DNA from: Candidatus Fervidifonticultor secundus
GTDB lineage: Bacteria; Sysuimicrobiota; Sysuimicrobiia; Sysuimicrobiales; Humicultoraceae
Assembly (NCBI GenBank): GCA_031459385.1
Contig: JAVKIP010000020.1
Span: 1-52,952, forward strand
Reading direction: 5' to 3'
DNA length: 52,952 nucleotides
The translations under genes were made by a program, and so were the position numbers. The notes under the pieces were generated by a model that searched no databases, had not been told where the DNA came from, and saw nothing but the letters and a program-made list of their open reading frames with translations. Positions 1-10,689 of the stretch are shown piece after piece. The first letter of the stretch is position 1; each line of letters begins with the position of its first letter.

Positions 1-189
1 CAGACGGTGGCCCGCCTGCACCCCCGCCTGGCCATCGGCGTCATCGAGGGCGACATCGCCACCACCCGCGACGCCGAGCGCCTGGCCCGGCTGGGCGTGC
101 GCGCCGTCCAGATCGAGACCCGCCTGGTGGGCAACGCCTGCCACCTCGACGCCAACATGGTGCGCACGGCACTGGTACGGCTGCCCCTG
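1..189 (+). repeat. Near-identical direct repeat, copy 1 (copy 2 at 815-1003)
   Basis: Manual alignment at offset 814: 189 nt with 3 mismatches (positions 128, 176, 177). Confidence 0.9.
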
Positions 190-558
190 CAGCACCTGCG
201 CTTCCTTTTCATCGAAAACGTCGGACACCTCGCCTGTCAAGTAGACTACCGGCTGGGGGAACACCTGCGCGTCGCGGTTACGAGCGTACCGGAAGGCGAC
301 GACAGCCCGCGCAAGTACCCATGCGCCTTCGCGCAGGCCGACGCCGTGGTCCTCACCAAGATCGACCTGCTGCCGCATGTGGACTTCTCCATGGCGGCCT
401 TCGACCAGGCCCTGCGGGACGTCTGCAAAGGCCCCTGCTTCGCACTGTCGGCACGGACGGGCCGCGGCCTGGGCGCGTGGGTCGACTGGCTGGAGGCCCG
501 ACGCGCGGCCTGCCGGTGGAACGCGTGGCTGGGCAGCCAGCGCGCGGCCGGGCGATGA
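1..558 (+). CDS. hypB: Hydrogenase nickel-insertion GTPase HypB, divergent paralogue (5' end lies outside the window)
   Basis: [49 protein letters not shown] motifs; frame is open from base 1. Confidence 0.85.
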   Translation, partial: QTVARLHPRLAIGVIEGDIATTRDAERLARLGVRAVQIETRLVGNACHLDANMVRTALVRLPLQHLRFLFIENVGHLACQVDYRLGEHLRVAVTSVPEGDDSPRKYPCAFAQADAVVLTKIDLLPHVDFSMAAFDQALRDVCKGPCFALSARTGRGLGAWVDWLEARRAACRWNAWLGSQRAAGR

Positions 559-638
559 TGGGTCGGCCAGACCGCATCCCTCTCCCCCGCACGACCTGGC
601 CCTCCCGCATTCCTGGCTCCTCGGCCCGCGCTGCGATC

Positions 639-647
639 TGGCATAAT
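639..647 (+). promoter_or_regulatory. Putative extended -10 promoter (TGgCATAAT) for the hypB-hox operon
   Basis: TG-n-CATAAT in an AT-enriched intergenic patch; GGAGGG RBS follows before ATG 674. Confidence 0.5.
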
Positions 648-673
648 AGCCTCAAACGTCGCGGAGGGATGCC

Positions 674-1333
674 ATGCGCGTGGAGGTCGTCCAGCGGGTG
701 CTCCGCGCCAACGACGCCCTGGCCGAGGAGCTGCGGGCCCGCTTCGACCAGGCGGGGGTCCTGGCGGTCAGCCTGATCGGGTCGCCCGGCAGCGGCAAGA
801 CCGCACTGCTGGAGCAGACGGTGGCCCGCCTGCACCCCCGCCTGGCCATCGGCGTCATCGAGGGCGACATCGCCACCACCCGCGACGCCGAGCGCCTGGC
901 CCGGCTGGGCGTGCGCGCCGTCCAGATCGAGACCCGCCTGGCGGGCAACGCCTGCCACCTCGACGCCAACATGGTGCGCACGGCACTGGCGCGGCTGCCC
1001 CTGGAGGGGCTCCGGTTGCTCTTCATCGAGAACGTGGGGAACCTGGTCTGCCCGGTCGAATATGGCCTGGGCGAGCACGTGCGTGTCGTGGTCACCAGCG
1101 TGCCCGAGGGCGACGACAAACCCCGCAAATACCCTTCCACGTTTTCGCGGGTCGATGCCGTCGTCCTGAACAAGACCGACCTGTTGCCCCACACGGACTT
1201 CTCCACGGCGGCGTTCGACCAGGCCATGCGGGAGGTCAGCCGGGGTCCCGTCTTCCCGCTCTCGGCGCGCACGGGGCAGGGGCTGGACGGGTGGATCGCC
1301 TGGCTCGATGCCCGCCGTGCAGCCCGGCGGTGA
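674..1333 (+). CDS. hypB: Hydrogenase nickel-insertion GTPase HypB
   Basis: P-loop [39 protein letters not shown] present. Confidence 0.95.
   Translation: MRVEVVQRVLRANDALAEELRARFDQAGVLAVSLIGSPGSGKTALLEQTVARLHPRLAIGVIEGDIATTRDAERLARLGVRAVQIETRLAGNACHLDANMVRTALARLPLEGLRLLFIENVGNLVCPVEYGLGEHVRVVVTSVPEGDDKPRKYPSTFSRVDAVVLNKTDLLPHTDFSTAAFDQAMREVSRGPVFPLSARTGQGLDGWIAWLDARRAARR
815..1003 (+). repeat. Near-identical direct repeat, copy 2 (copy 1 at 1-189)
   Basis: 186 of 189 nt identical to window positions 1-189. Confidence 0.9.
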
Positions 1334-1842
1334 CCGACACGCTGCCCCTCGATCCGCGGTACCGCGAGCTGGATGCGGCGATCCGGCGCCACCACCGCCG
1401 GCCAGACGGCCTGATCGAGGTCCTGCACATCGCCCAGCGCCTGTGGGGACACCTGCCCCGCGAGGTGCTCGCCTACGTCGCCCGGGGCCTGACCGTGCCG
1501 CCCAGCCTGGCCTACGGCGTGGCCACGTTCTACCACTTCTTCACGCTGGTCCCCCGCGGCCGCCACACCGTGATCGTCTGCACGGGCACGGCGTGCTACC
1601 TCAAGGGCGGCGGGCGTATCGTCGAGGCGCTCCAGCGCGCCACAGGCGTGCGGGCGGGCACGGTGGCGCCCGACGGGACCCTGGGCGTGGAGGCGGTGCG
1701 GTGCCTGGGGCCCTGCAGTCAGGCACCGGTCGTCGTCTTCGATGGCGAGGTCACCGGCGAGCTGCCCGTCGAGGCGGTGGTGCAGCGGGTGCAGGCATGG
1801 ACAGCCGCGGCGCCCCACCAGGCGCGCGCGGGGGCCCCATGA
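1330..1842 (+). CDS. hoxE: Bidirectional hydrogenase subunit HoxE (NuoE-like 2Fe-2S)
   Basis: [22 protein letters not shown]...CLGPC; GTG overlaps hypB stop (GTGA). Confidence 0.92.
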   Translation: MTDTLPLDPRYRELDAAIRRHHRRPDGLIEVLHIAQRLWGHLPREVLAYVARGLTVPPSLAYGVATFYHFFTLVPRGRHTVIVCTGTACYLKGGGRIVEALQRATGVRAGTVAPDGTLGVEAVRCLGPCSQAPVVVFDGEVTGELPVEAVVQRVQAWTAAAPHQARAGAP

Positions 1843-3485
1843 CGCGCGAGGAACTGGAGGCCATCGCCGCGGCCGAGCGCGTGCGCCAGCAGGGGTACCG
1901 GTGCCGGGTGAAGGTCTGCGAGGGTGCCGGTTGCCTGGCGCGCGGCGTCACCGCGCTCAAGGCCGCGTTCCAGGCCGTCGCGCGTGGCCGGTCAGACGTG
2001 GAGGTCACCGGCGCCGGGTGTATGGGACCGTGCAGCGACGGTCCGCTGGTCAGGATCGAGCCTGACGGGACGCTGTACCGCTGCCGGTCGCCCCGGGACG
2101 TGCACGACGTCGTCGCCAGCCACCTGATCGCCGGCCGGCCCGTCGCACGCCTGGCGCTGGACCCGGCCGGTCCCTTCTTCGCCGCGCAGCAGCCTGTGGT
2201 GCTGGCCGCCTGCGGCCGCATCGACCCCGAGCGCATCGAGGAGGCGATCGCTGCCGGGGCCTACCGTGCGCTGTTGCGGGCGGTAGGCGAGATGTCCCCG
2301 GCTGCAGTGATCGAGCAGGTGCGCGCAAGCGGCCTGCGCGGTCGCGGCGGCGCCGGCTACCCCACCGGCCTGAAGTGGGCGACGGTCGCCAAGGCCCCGG
2401 GCGATCGCAAGTACGTCATCTGCAACGCCGACGAGGGCGACCCCGGGGCCTTCATGGACCGCACGGTGCTGGAAGGTGACCCGCACCGCGTCCTGGAGGG
2501 TATGGCGATCGGTGCCTATGCCGTGGGCGCCACGCAGGGCTACATCTACGTGCGCGGTGAGTACCCCCTGGCGATCCACCGGCTGCAGATCGCCATCCGC
2601 CAGGCCGAGGCCCTGCGCCTGCTGGGCGCGCGCATCGCCGACTCGGGCTTCAGCTTCCGGATCGACCTGCGGATCGGCGCCGGCGCCTACGTCTGCGGCG
2701 AGGAGACGGCGCTGATCGCCTCGATCGAGGGCAGGCGCGGGCAGCCGCGGCCGCGGCCGCCCTACCCGGCCGAGTCAGGGCTGTGGGGGGCGCCCACGCT
2801 GATCAACAACGTGGAGACGTTCGCAGCCGTCCCGGCGATCATCGAGCGGGGCGGCGCCTGGTACGCCGCGATCGGCACCGAGCGCAGCCGCGGCACCAAG
2901 GTCTTCAGCCTCGCCGGCGAGGTGCAGCGCACGGGCGTCATCGAAGTGCCCATGGGTATCGCGTTGCGCCGCATCGTCGAGGAGATCGGCGGGGGCGCGC
3001 CGCCGGGCCGGACCATCAAGGCCGTGCAGACCGGCGGGCCCGGCGGCGGGTGCGTGCCTGCGGCGCTGCTCGACGTGCCGGTCGACTACGAGTCCCTTCC
3101 GGCGCTCGGCTCCATGATGGGTTCGGGTGGCATGATCGTGCTGGACGACCGCGCGTGCGTGGTGGACGTCACCCGCTACTTCATGCGTTTCTGCATGGAC
3201 GAGTCGTGCGGCAAGTGCATCCCCTGCCGGGCCGGCACCGTCCAGCTCCACGACCTGCTGACGCGCATCGCCGAAGGACAGGGCACGGCGGACGACCTGG
3301 CCCGCCTGGAGGAGCTGGCCGACCTGGTCAGGCACGCCAGCCTGTGCGGGCTGGGGCAGAACGCGCCGAACCCACTGCTGTCCACGCTGCGCCACTTCCG
3401 GGACGAGTACCTCGCCCACGTCGTCGAGCGTCGGTGCCCGGCAGGGGTCTGCCCGATGCGCCCCGCAGCGGAGGTGTCAACATGA
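1839..3485 (+). CDS. hoxF: Bidirectional hydrogenase diaphorase subunit HoxF (NuoF-like, FMN/NAD)
   Basis: N-terminal thioredoxin-like 2Fe-2S domain (CEGAGC, CMGPC), [53 protein letters not shown] overlap. Confidence 0.95.
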   Translation: MTREELEAIAAAERVRQQGYRCRVKVCEGAGCLARGVTALKAAFQAVARGRSDVEVTGAGCMGPCSDGPLVRIEPDGTLYRCRSPRDVHDVVASHLIAGRPVARLALDPAGPFFAAQQPVVLAACGRIDPERIEEAIAAGAYRALLRAVGEMSPAAVIEQVRASGLRGRGGAGYPTGLKWATVAKAPGDRKYVICNADEGDPGAFMDRTVLEGDPHRVLEGMAIGAYAVGATQGYIYVRGEYPLAIHRLQIAIRQAEALRLLGARIADSGFSFRIDLRIGAGAYVCGEETALIASIEGRRGQPRPRPPYPAESGLWGAPTLINNVETFAAVPAIIERGGAWYAAIGTERSRGTKVFSLAGEVQRTGVIEVPMGIALRRIVEEIGGGAPPGRTIKAVQTGGPGGGCVPAALLDVPVDYESLPALGSMMGSGGMIVLDDRACVVDVTRYFMRFCMDESCGKCIPCRAGTVQLHDLLTRIAEGQGTADDLARLEELADLVRHASLCGLGQNAPNPLLSTLRHFRDEYLAHVVERRCPAGVCPMRPAAEVST

Positions 3486-4198
3486 CGGTCAGGACCCTGG
3501 TGATCGACGGGGAACCGGTCGGGGCACGCGACGGCGAGACGATCCTCGAGGCCGCGCGCGAGCACGGGATCGTCATCCCAACCCTCTGCTACCTGGAGGG
3601 CCTGTCGGCGGTCGGCGCCTGTCGGCTGTGCCTGGTGGAGGTGGCAGGTGCGCCCCGCCCGCTGGCCGCCTGCGTCACGAGGGTGGCCGAGGGTATGGAG
3701 GTCACCACCGACGCGCCGCGGGTGCGCGCGTACCGGCGCATGATCCTCGAGCTGCTCTTCGCCGAGGGGAACCACGTCTGCGCCGTGTGCGTGGCCAACG
3801 GCCACTGTGACCTCCAGGCGCTGGCCGCGGCGCAGGGGATGACCCACGTGCGGTACCCCTACCGCGCGCCCCTCCGCGGCGTGGATGCCTCCCACGAGCG
3901 GTTCGTGCTCGACCACAACCGGTGCATCCTCTGCACGCGCTGCGTGCGGGCCTGCGACGAGGTCGAGGGCGCCCACACCTGGGACGTCGCCGGTCGCGGC
4001 GCGACGTCGCGGGTGATCGCAGACCTCGACCAGCCCTGGGGGACGTCCGACACGTGCACCTCGTGTGGCAAGTGCGTGCAGGTCTGCCCCACCGGCGCGC
4101 TGGTCGAGAAGGGCCGCGGGCCCGGCGAGATGATCAAGCGACCGGAGTTCCTCCCCTATATCACCACGGCACGGGAGGCGCGGCGGTGGATCCGGTGA
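3482..4198 (+). CDS. hoxU: Bidirectional hydrogenase subunit HoxU (NuoG N-terminus-like Fe-S)
   Basis: [46 protein letters not shown]. Confidence 0.95.
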   Translation: MTVRTLVIDGEPVGARDGETILEAAREHGIVIPTLCYLEGLSAVGACRLCLVEVAGAPRPLAACVTRVAEGMEVTTDAPRVRAYRRMILELLFAEGNHVCAVCVANGHCDLQALAAAQGMTHVRYPYRAPLRGVDASHERFVLDHNRCILCTRCVRACDEVEGAHTWDVAGRGATSRVIADLDQPWGTSDTCTSCGKCVQVCPTGALVEKGRGPGEMIKRPEFLPYITTAREARRWIR

Positions 4199-4788
4199 CG
4201 TCCGGCGCGCCACACCCTGCCCCCCAGCCTGCGGGGACCGCGCAGACGCCCCCCGGGTCCGCGCCCCTGCGCCTGGCCACCGTGTGGCTTGGCGGCTGCA
4301 GCGGCTGTCACATGTCGTTTTTGGACCTGGACGAGCGGCTGCTGGCGCTGGCTCCGCGCATCCGCCTGGTCTACAGCCCGTTCATGGACACGAAGACGTT
4401 CCCCGACCAGGTGGACGTGACACTGGTGGAGGGCGCGGTGGCCAACGAAGACCACCTGGCGCTGATCCGCACCGTGCGGGCGCGGACGCGGGTGCTGGTG
4501 GCCTTCGGCGACTGCGCGGTGACGGGCAACGTCACGGCGATGCGCAACCCGCTGGGCCCGGCGCCGGTCCTCCAGCGCGCGTACGCAGCGACTGCGGCAC
4601 CCGGGAGCCGGGCACCCGACGACGACCTGGTCCCGCGGCTGCTGGCGCGGGTCCTCCCCGTCCACCAGGTGGTCGCGGTGGACGTCTGGCTGCCCGGGTG
4701 CCCGCCGTCCGCGGAGACGATCTACGCGGCCCTGACCGACCTCCTGGACGGCCGTGCGCCTGCCACGGACGCCCTGCGCTTCGGATAG
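4195..4788 (+). CDS. hoxY: [NiFe]-hydrogenase small subunit HoxY
   Basis: [26 protein letters not shown]; short single-cluster form. Confidence 0.93.
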   Translation: MTSGAPHPAPQPAGTAQTPPGSAPLRLATVWLGGCSGCHMSFLDLDERLLALAPRIRLVYSPFMDTKTFPDQVDVTLVEGAVANEDHLALIRTVRARTRVLVAFGDCAVTGNVTAMRNPLGPAPVLQRAYAATAAPGSRAPDDDLVPRLLARVLPVHQVVAVDVWLPGCPPSAETIYAALTDLLDGRAPATDALRFG

Positions 4789-4796
4789 GAGGACGC

Positions 4797-6242
4797 GTGG
4801 CCACCCGCCGCATCGTCATCGATCCGGTCACCCGCATCGAGGGGCACGCCAGGATCAGCGTACACCTCGACGAGACCGGCCGCGTGCGCGCGGCCCGGTT
4901 CCACGTCACCGAGTTCCGCGGCTTCGAGAAGTTCTGCGAGGGCCGCCTGTTCTGGGAGATGCCGGCCATCACCGCGCGCGTATGCGGCATCTGCCCGGTG
5001 AGCCACCTGATCGCCTCGGCCAAAGCGGGCGACGCCCTGCTGGCGGTGGCGATCCCGCCTGCGGCGGAACGGCTGCGGCGCCTGATGCACCTGGCACAGA
5101 TCGTGCAGTCTCACGCCCTCTCGTTCTTCCACCTGGCCTCGCCGGACCTGCTGCTGGGCTTCGACGCCCCGCCGGAGGAGCGCAACCTGTTCGGGCTCAT
5201 CGCGCGCCACCCCGACCTGGCGCGCGCCGGCATTCGGCTGCGACAGTACGGCCAGGAGATCATCGAGCTGCTGGGCGGCAGGCGCATCCACCCGGCCTGG
5301 GTCACACCGGGCGGCGTGGCTGCGCCGCTGCGCCCCGAGCACCGCGAGCGCATGCTGGCGGGGTGGCCTGAGGCGCTGCGGCTGGCCCGGGCTGCCCTCG
5401 ACCGCTTCAAGGGCACGCTGGACGCCCACGCCGAGGAGGCGGCGGTCTTCGGCACCTTCCCCTCGCTGTTCGCAGGCCTGGTCGACGCCGACGGCCACAT
5501 CGACTACTACGACGGCCGCGTGCGGTTCGTCGGGCCCGACGGCGTCGCCGTCGCCGATGGGCTCGACCCGACTCAGTACTGGGAGTACCTGGGCGAGGCC
5601 ATAGAGCCGTGGTCGTACCTGAAATTTCCCTACTACCTGCCCTGGGGCTATCCCGACGGCGCCTACCGCGTGGGGCCGCTGGCGCGGCTCAACGTGGCCG
5701 CCGCCTGCGGCACCCCCCTGGCCGATGCCGAACTGGCCGAGTACCGCCAGCGGACCGGCCGCGTGGCGCTCAGTTCGTTCTACTACCACTACGCGCGCCT
5801 GATCGAGATCGTCCATGCCCTGGAGCAGGTCGGCAGGCTCCTGGACGATCCGGTGATCCTCGACCGCGACGTGCGCGCGCGGGCCGGGCGCAACCGCCAC
5901 GTGGGCGTCGGCGCCGCCGAGGCCCCCCGCGGCACGCTCTATCACCACTACGAGGTGGACGACGACGGCCGGCTGGTCCGGGTCAACCTCATCATCGCCA
6001 CCGGCCAGAACAACCTGGCGATGAACCGGGCAGTCGCGCAGGTAGCCACGCACTACATCACGGGCGACGACGTGCGCGAGGGCGTCCTCAACCGCCTGGA
6101 GGCCGCGATCCGGGCCTTCGATCCGTGCCTGTCCTGCTCCACGCACGCCGCCGGGACGATGCCGCTGGTGGTGGACATCATCGCCGCCGACGGCCGTCCC
6201 CTGCGCCAGCTGCGTCGCGATGCGGTGGAGGCCGGCCGGTGA
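4797..6242 (+). CDS. hoxH: [NiFe]-hydrogenase large subunit HoxH (group 3d)
   Basis: [11 protein letters not shown]1 RVCGIC, EAPRG, L2 DPCLSCSTH plus a C-terminal extension; AGGAGG RBS. Confidence 0.96.
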   Translation: MATRRIVIDPVTRIEGHARISVHLDETGRVRAARFHVTEFRGFEKFCEGRLFWEMPAITARVCGICPVSHLIASAKAGDALLAVAIPPAAERLRRLMHLAQIVQSHALSFFHLASPDLLLGFDAPPEERNLFGLIARHPDLARAGIRLRQYGQEIIELLGGRRIHPAWVTPGGVAAPLRPEHRERMLAGWPEALRLARAALDRFKGTLDAHAEEAAVFGTFPSLFAGLVDADGHIDYYDGRVRFVGPDGVAVADGLDPTQYWEYLGEAIEPWSYLKFPYYLPWGYPDGAYRVGPLARLNVAAACGTPLADAELAEYRQRTGRVALSSFYYHYARLIEIVHALEQVGRLLDDPVILDRDVRARAGRNRHVGVGAAEAPRGTLYHHYEVDDDGRLVRVNLIIATGQNNLAMNRAVAQVATHYITGDDVREGVLNRLEAAIRAFDPCLSCSTHAAGTMPLVVDIIAADGRPLRQLRRDAVEAGR

Positions 6243-6706
6243 CGCGACGCCCGCTGGTGATCGCCTGCGGGAACCCGCTCCGGGGTGACGACGGCGTGGG
6301 GGCAGCCGTGGTGCGGCGGCTAGGCGCCCGGCGCGGGGCCACGGTCCGCATCTGCCTCCAGTACACACCGGAACTGGCCCACGAGGTCGCCGCCGCCGAC
6401 CGGGTCATCTTCGTCGACGCCCGCGCCGCCACGCCCGGGGAGGCGCAGCCGCGGCGCGGCGGGGTGCGCGTGCGCCGTCTCGATCCCCGCCGCGTGGCCA
6501 CCGGTGCCCTGAGCCACACGGTGACACCAGAGAGCCTCCTGGCGATGGCCCGAGATCTGTACGGAGCGGCGCCGGCAGGGTTCCTGGTGACCGTGGCCGG
6601 CGCGCGATTCGATCTGGGCCGGGGGCTCTCGCTATCGGTTCGCCGCCTGATCCCCCAAGCGGTGCGCGCGGTTGCCCGGCTGCTGTCCCCTCGGCCCCGG
6701 TCCTGA
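6239..6706 (+). CDS. hoxW: Hydrogenase maturation endopeptidase HoxW
   Basis: [26 protein letters not shown] motif; directly after hoxH with GTGA overlap. Confidence 0.88.
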   Translation: MTRRPLVIACGNPLRGDDGVGAAVVRRLGARRGATVRICLQYTPELAHEVAAADRVIFVDARAATPGEAQPRRGGVRVRRLDPRRVATGALSHTVTPESLLAMARDLYGAAPAGFLVTVAGARFDLGRGLSLSVRRLIPQAVRAVARLLSPRPRS

Positions 6707-6767
6707 CGCCAAATACTGCGCGCGTCCGATAGGCCGGAGGGCCCCCCGGGCCTATGCTGGCACTGGA

Positions 6768-7400
6768 ATGGTGGCCACGGCTCTTCCCGGGACCTTTCGG
6801 ACCTCCGAGCGCGCACCGGAGGTCGTGATGCTCTTCGGCAGCGCTGCGGTGCATCGGTATGCGCTGGCCCCTGGCCTAGGGGCCTTCGCACAGTATGCGC
6901 CCGGATGGGACGCAGCCGTCCGGGAGAGCCTGGGGCGGATGCTGGCGGCGGGTGGTGTGGTCCATGCCGCGCTCAGCCAGACCACCGTCGTCGGCTACCT
7001 GGGCATCGCGCCTGCCGGCACGGATCAACCGTGGGGCCGGCTGCGCGACCCGCGTATCCAGGAAGTCGTGGTGGAAGTGGCCCGCGGCTACCGGGGGCGC
7101 GGCCTGGCCCACGCGCTGCTGCGCCGGGCCTTCACCCGCCCCGAGGCCGAGTCGCGTATCTACGTGGCCACTGGCTACGCCTGGTGCTGGGACCTGAAGG
7201 GCACCGGCCTCGATGCGGCGGCCTACGCCAGCCGCCTGCTGCGCCTGTTCGAGGCCTACGGGTTCGCGCGCGAACCGACCGTCGAGCCCAACATCGCCGG
7301 CGAGCCGGTAAACTTCCTGGCCGTGCGCGTGGGACGGCTGGTGCCACCGGCCGTGGTGGGACGCTTCCGCCGCGCCTGCCGGGGGCTGGCAGTAGCCTGA
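6768..7400 (+). CDS. AcuA-like GNAT protein acetyltransferase (start at 6768 or 6828)
   Basis: EVARGYRGRGLA acetyl-CoA motif A; WCWDLKGTGL resembles the AcuA WHWDLKG signature; adjacent to an acuB-like gene. Confidence 0.75.
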   Translation: MVATALPGTFRTSERAPEVVMLFGSAAVHRYALAPGLGAFAQYAPGWDAAVRESLGRMLAAGGVVHAALSQTTVVGYLGIAPAGTDQPWGRLRDPRIQEVVVEVARGYRGRGLAHALLRRAFTRPEAESRIYVATGYAWCWDLKGTGLDAAAYASRLLRLFEAYGFAREPTVEPNIAGEPVNFLAVRVGRLVPPAVVGRFRRACRGLAVA

Positions 7401-7410
7401 GGGAGGGGCG

Positions 7411-8058
7411 ATGCGCGTCCGCGACGTCATGACCAGCCCGGTGCACACCATCGGCCCCGACGCGCCTGCCTGGGAAGCGCTGGGGCTCATGCGCGCGCAC
7501 CGCATCCGCCGCCTGCCGGTCGTCGAGGACGGGCGGCTCGTGGGCATCGTCACCTGGACCGACCTGGTCCGCATCCGGCCGCCGGCCCTGGGCGGCCGGT
7601 GGCACGTGCCCAACGTGGCGGCCGGCGCGCAGGTTTGCCACCTGATGTCGACGGCCGTGGTCAGCGTCGACCCGGAGATCCCGGTGCAGGATGCGGCGGC
7701 GCTCATGCAGCGCCACAAGTTCGGTGGCCTGCCGGTCCTCGAGCACGGGCGGCTGGTGGGCATCGTGACCGAGAGCGATCTCTTCGACGTCTTCGTGGAG
7801 GTCTTCGCCGTCGGCCCACACGAGACGCGCCTGTGCGCGCCGGTGGGCAGCATCGCCAGAGACCTCCCGGTCATCGTCGCGGCCATGGCCGAGGCCGGCA
7901 TCCCGATCCTGGCGCTCCACACGCTGCGGCTGGAGAGGAGCCAGGCCGTGGAGATCGTCGTGTCCGCGCGCGACGCGGTACGGGCGCGAGGCCAGTTGGA
8001 GGCCCTGGGCCTGGCGGCGGCTGCCGAGGAGGTGCGGGAGGCCGTCTACGAGGGGTGA
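7411..8058 (+). CDS. AcuB-like protein: CBS pair plus ACT-like C-terminal domain
   Basis: Two CBS repeats (IRRLPVV..GRLVGIVT, GGLPVL..GRLVGIVTESD) and a small C-terminal alpha/beta domain. Confidence 0.82.
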   Translation: MRVRDVMTSPVHTIGPDAPAWEALGLMRAHRIRRLPVVEDGRLVGIVTWTDLVRIRPPALGGRWHVPNVAAGAQVCHLMSTAVVSVDPEIPVQDAAALMQRHKFGGLPVLEHGRLVGIVTESDLFDVFVEVFAVGPHETRLCAPVGSIARDLPVIVAAMAEAGIPILALHTLRLERSQAVEIVVSARDAVRARGQLEALGLAAAAEEVREAVYEG

Positions 8059-8063
8059 GCCCG

Positions 8064-8525
8064 ATGCAGGTCCTGGTCCCGGTGGATCTGTCCGACGAGT
8101 CTGCCGCGCTGGTCCGGTACGCGGCGCGCCTGGCCTCGCTGGTGGGGGGCGAGCTCGAGATCCTGCACGTCTACACCCGGGACAGCGCCATGGCGGCCCT
8201 GCGGGACGAGGGGCTGTTCCTGGACCTGTATGTCAGCCGCCTGCGCTCGGAGCTCAACTACCTGAAGGCGCAGGCCGGCGTCGCCGGGCAGCGCGCCCGG
8301 GTGGAGGTGCGGCAGGGCGACCCTGTCGAGACCATCGTCGAGCGGGCCGCCGAGCTCCGCGCCGACCTGATCGTCGTGGGAACCCACCGGCGCACCGGGC
8401 TGACCCGGCTCCTGGTGGGCAGCGTGGCGGCCGGCGTGCTGCGCCGCGCGCCGTGCCCCGTGGTACTGGTTCCGGCAAGCGTGCTGGCTGGGGTGACCCG
8501 CGACGTCGTCCCCGCCAGCGCCTGA
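8064..8525 (+). CDS. Universal stress protein (USP)
   Basis: VLVPVDLS, ILHV, GDPVETIV, ADLIVVGTHRRTG..LVGSVA, APCPVVLV. Confidence 0.92.
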   Translation: MQVLVPVDLSDESAALVRYAARLASLVGGELEILHVYTRDSAMAALRDEGLFLDLYVSRLRSELNYLKAQAGVAGQRARVEVRQGDPVETIVERAAELRADLIVVGTHRRTGLTRLLVGSVAAGVLRRAPCPVVLVPASVLAGVTRDVVPASA

Positions 8526-8553
8526 GATGGGTACTGCGAAGGAGGAACAGGCC

Positions 8554-9324
8554 ATGCCCGGTGTCCATGGCGCCACCCAAAAGGCGCACGTCCCGTCCCT
8601 GCGCCTCTACGCCCGGGACATCATGACCCACCCGGTCATCACCGCGCGCACCGATGCGCAGGTGAAGGACCTGGTGGCCCTCATGATCACGCACCACATC
8701 AGCGGGATCCCGATCCTCACCCCGGCCGGTGAACTGGTCGGCATCGTCACCGAGGGCGACCTGCTCTACAAGGAGCTCGAGCCGCGGCCGACGGAGCCGA
8801 CCGGTATCGTCGCGCGCCTGCCGCTGCGGTCGGTGGCCGAAGCGATCGAGCGCGCCCGCAAGGCAGAGGGCCTGCGCGCCGACGAGGTGATGACCTCGCC
8901 GGTCATCGTCGTCACCGAAGCCACCCCGGTCCGCGAGATCGCCCAGCTCATGGTGAAACACCGCATCAACCGGGTGCCGGTGGTGCGGGCAGGCAAGATC
9001 GTCGGCATCGTGAGCCGCAACGACGTCCTGAAGGCGTTCACGCGCAGCGACGACGAGCTGCGGACAGCCATCCGCGAGAGCCTGCTTCACGACTTGTGGA
9101 TCGATGTCGCCCGCCTGACCATCGAGGTCAAGGACGGCGTGGTCTACCTGGAGGGAGTGGTGGACCGCCGGTCCGAGAAGGAGCTGGCCGAGAAGTGGGC
9201 GGCCATGGCCGACGGGGTGGTCAGCGTGCAGAGCCGCCTGACCTACGAGGTGGATGACCGCGCCGTCCCGCCCGAGGCGCCGAGGAGGTTCCCGGGTGAG
9301 TATGCAGGTCCTGTGGGATGCTGA
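8554..9324 (+). CDS. CBS-pair plus BON domain protein
   Basis: Two CBS repeats, then SDDELRTAI...VKDGVVYLEGVV..GVVSVQSRL (BON); AAGGAGG RBS before ATG 8554. Confidence 0.88.
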   Translation: MPGVHGATQKAHVPSLRLYARDIMTHPVITARTDAQVKDLVALMITHHISGIPILTPAGELVGIVTEGDLLYKELEPRPTEPTGIVARLPLRSVAEAIERARKAEGLRADEVMTSPVIVVTEATPVREIAQLMVKHRINRVPVVRAGKIVGIVSRNDVLKAFTRSDDELRTAIRESLLHDLWIDVARLTIEVKDGVVYLEGVVDRRSEKELAEKWAAMADGVVSVQSRLTYEVDDRAVPPEAPRRFPGEYAGPVGC

Positions 9325-9577
9325 CGAAGCGGTGGTACCGCCGCCCGCGCCGCCGCGGGTGGTGATCGCAGGTGAACGGTGCAAGGGGTGCGGGCTGTGC
9401 ATCGCGGTCTGCCCGCCCGCGGTTCTGGCGTTCGGCCCCCTGAACCAGCAGGGGTTCCCGATGGCGGTCGTGCGGGACGGCGAGCGCTGCACCTCGTGCG
9501 CGGCCTGCGCCCTGATCTGCCCTGACGGGGCCATCGCCGTGTTCCGACCGCGCCGGCGGGCGGCCGCGGCCGCATAA
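9302..9577 (+). CDS. 2x[4Fe-4S] ferredoxin; delta subunit of the 2-oxoacid:ferredoxin oxidoreductase
   Basis: [12 protein letters not shown] and [12 protein letters not shown]. Confidence 0.9.
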   Translation: MQVLWDADEAVVPPPAPPRVVIAGERCKGCGLCIAVCPPAVLAFGPLNQQGFPMAVVRDGERCTSCAACALICPDGAIAVFRPRRRAAAAA

Positions 9578-9594
9578 CGGGAGGGGCCCTGTCC

Positions 9595-10653
9595 ATGGCA
9601 GCCGCGCCCCGCGTCCTGATGAAGGGCAACGAGGCCATGGCCGAAGCGGCCATCCGGGCGGGGTGCCGGGCGTACTTCGCCTACCCCATCACGCCCCAGA
9701 CCGAACTGGCCGAGTACATGGCCGCGCACCTGCCCCGGGCCGGCGGCGTCTTCCTGCAGGCCGAGAGCGAGGTGGCGGCCATCAACATGGTCTACGGCGC
9801 CTCAGGCACAGGCGCGCGGGTCATGACCAGCACCAGCAGTCCGGGCTTCAGCCTCATGCTAGAGGGCCTCTCGTACCTGGTGGGCGCCCGCCTGCCGTGC
9901 GTCGTCGTGAACGTCATGCGGGGCGGGCCAGGACTGGGCAACATCGCCCCTGCCCAGAGCGACTACTTCGAGATGACCCGGGCCCTGGGCCACGGTGACA
10001 GCCACGGCATCGTCCTGGCACCGGCCACCGTGCAAGAGGCCGTCGACCTGGTGCGCCTGGCCTTCGAGCTGGCCGAGCGCTACCGCCTGCCGGCGCTGAT
10101 CGCGGCCGACGGACTGCTGGGCCAGATGATGGAGCCCGTGACGCTGCCCGACCCTGTCGCGGCGCCGCAGCCGCCAGCGTGGGCCACGACGGGCGGCGGG
10201 CGGCGGCTCATCTCGTCCATCTACCTGCAGCCCGAGGACCTGGAACGACACGTCCGCGCGCTGGCGGCCACCTATCAGGCGATTGCCCGCGACGAGCCAC
10301 GGTGGGCCGTCCATGCCCTCGACGACGCCGAGGTCGCGGTGGTGGCCTACGGCACGCTGGCGCGCATCGCGCGGGCCGCCGTCGACCGCGCGCGGGCCGA
10401 GGGCATCCGGACCGGGCTCCTGCGTCCCGTCACCCTGTGGCCCTTCCCGGCGGCGGCGTTCGCCCGGCCCGTGAAGCACTGGCTCGTGGTCGAGCTGAAC
10501 GCCGGCCAGATGGTGGAGGACGTGCGCCTGGCGGTCGGGGGCCGCACGCCGGTGACGTGGTACGGGCGGCTGGGCGGCGTCGTGCCCGCGCCGGCCGAGC
10601 TCGTGGAGGTGATCCACACGACCGTCCGGGACGCCGAGGGAGTGTCAGCATGA
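9595..10653 (+). CDS. 2-oxoacid:ferredoxin oxidoreductase alpha subunit (VorB/KorA type)
   Basis: [50 protein letters not shown]. Confidence 0.92.
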   Translation: MAAAPRVLMKGNEAMAEAAIRAGCRAYFAYPITPQTELAEYMAAHLPRAGGVFLQAESEVAAINMVYGASGTGARVMTSTSSPGFSLMLEGLSYLVGARLPCVVVNVMRGGPGLGNIAPAQSDYFEMTRALGHGDSHGIVLAPATVQEAVDLVRLAFELAERYRLPALIAADGLLGQMMEPVTLPDPVAAPQPPAWATTGGGRRLISSIYLQPEDLERHVRALAATYQAIARDEPRWAVHALDDAEVAVVAYGTLARIARAAVDRARAEGIRTGLLRPVTLWPFPAAAFARPVKHWLVVELNAGQMVEDVRLAVGGRTPVTWYGRLGGVVPAPAELVEVIHTTVRDAEGVSA

Positions 10654-10689
10654 GCGCCCGGCGGTGGCTGCGCGCAGGGTGACCCAGGG

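Noticed and set aside
1308..1838. N-terminal extensions in the ORF track for hoxF (also hoxU, hoxH, USP, GntR, tctA, LLM and others)
   Set aside because: They overlap upstream genes in another frame; true starts match ATGA/GTGA overlaps or RBS positions
1330..4198. Complex I nuoEFG or [FeFe]-hydrogenase hydABC
   Set aside because: No membrane Nuo subunits or H-cluster motifs; followed directly by NiFe small and large subunits and a maturation protease
6115..6150. Possible [NiFeSe] hydrogenase
   Set aside because: The L2 motif is DPCLSC with Cys codons; no in-frame TGA
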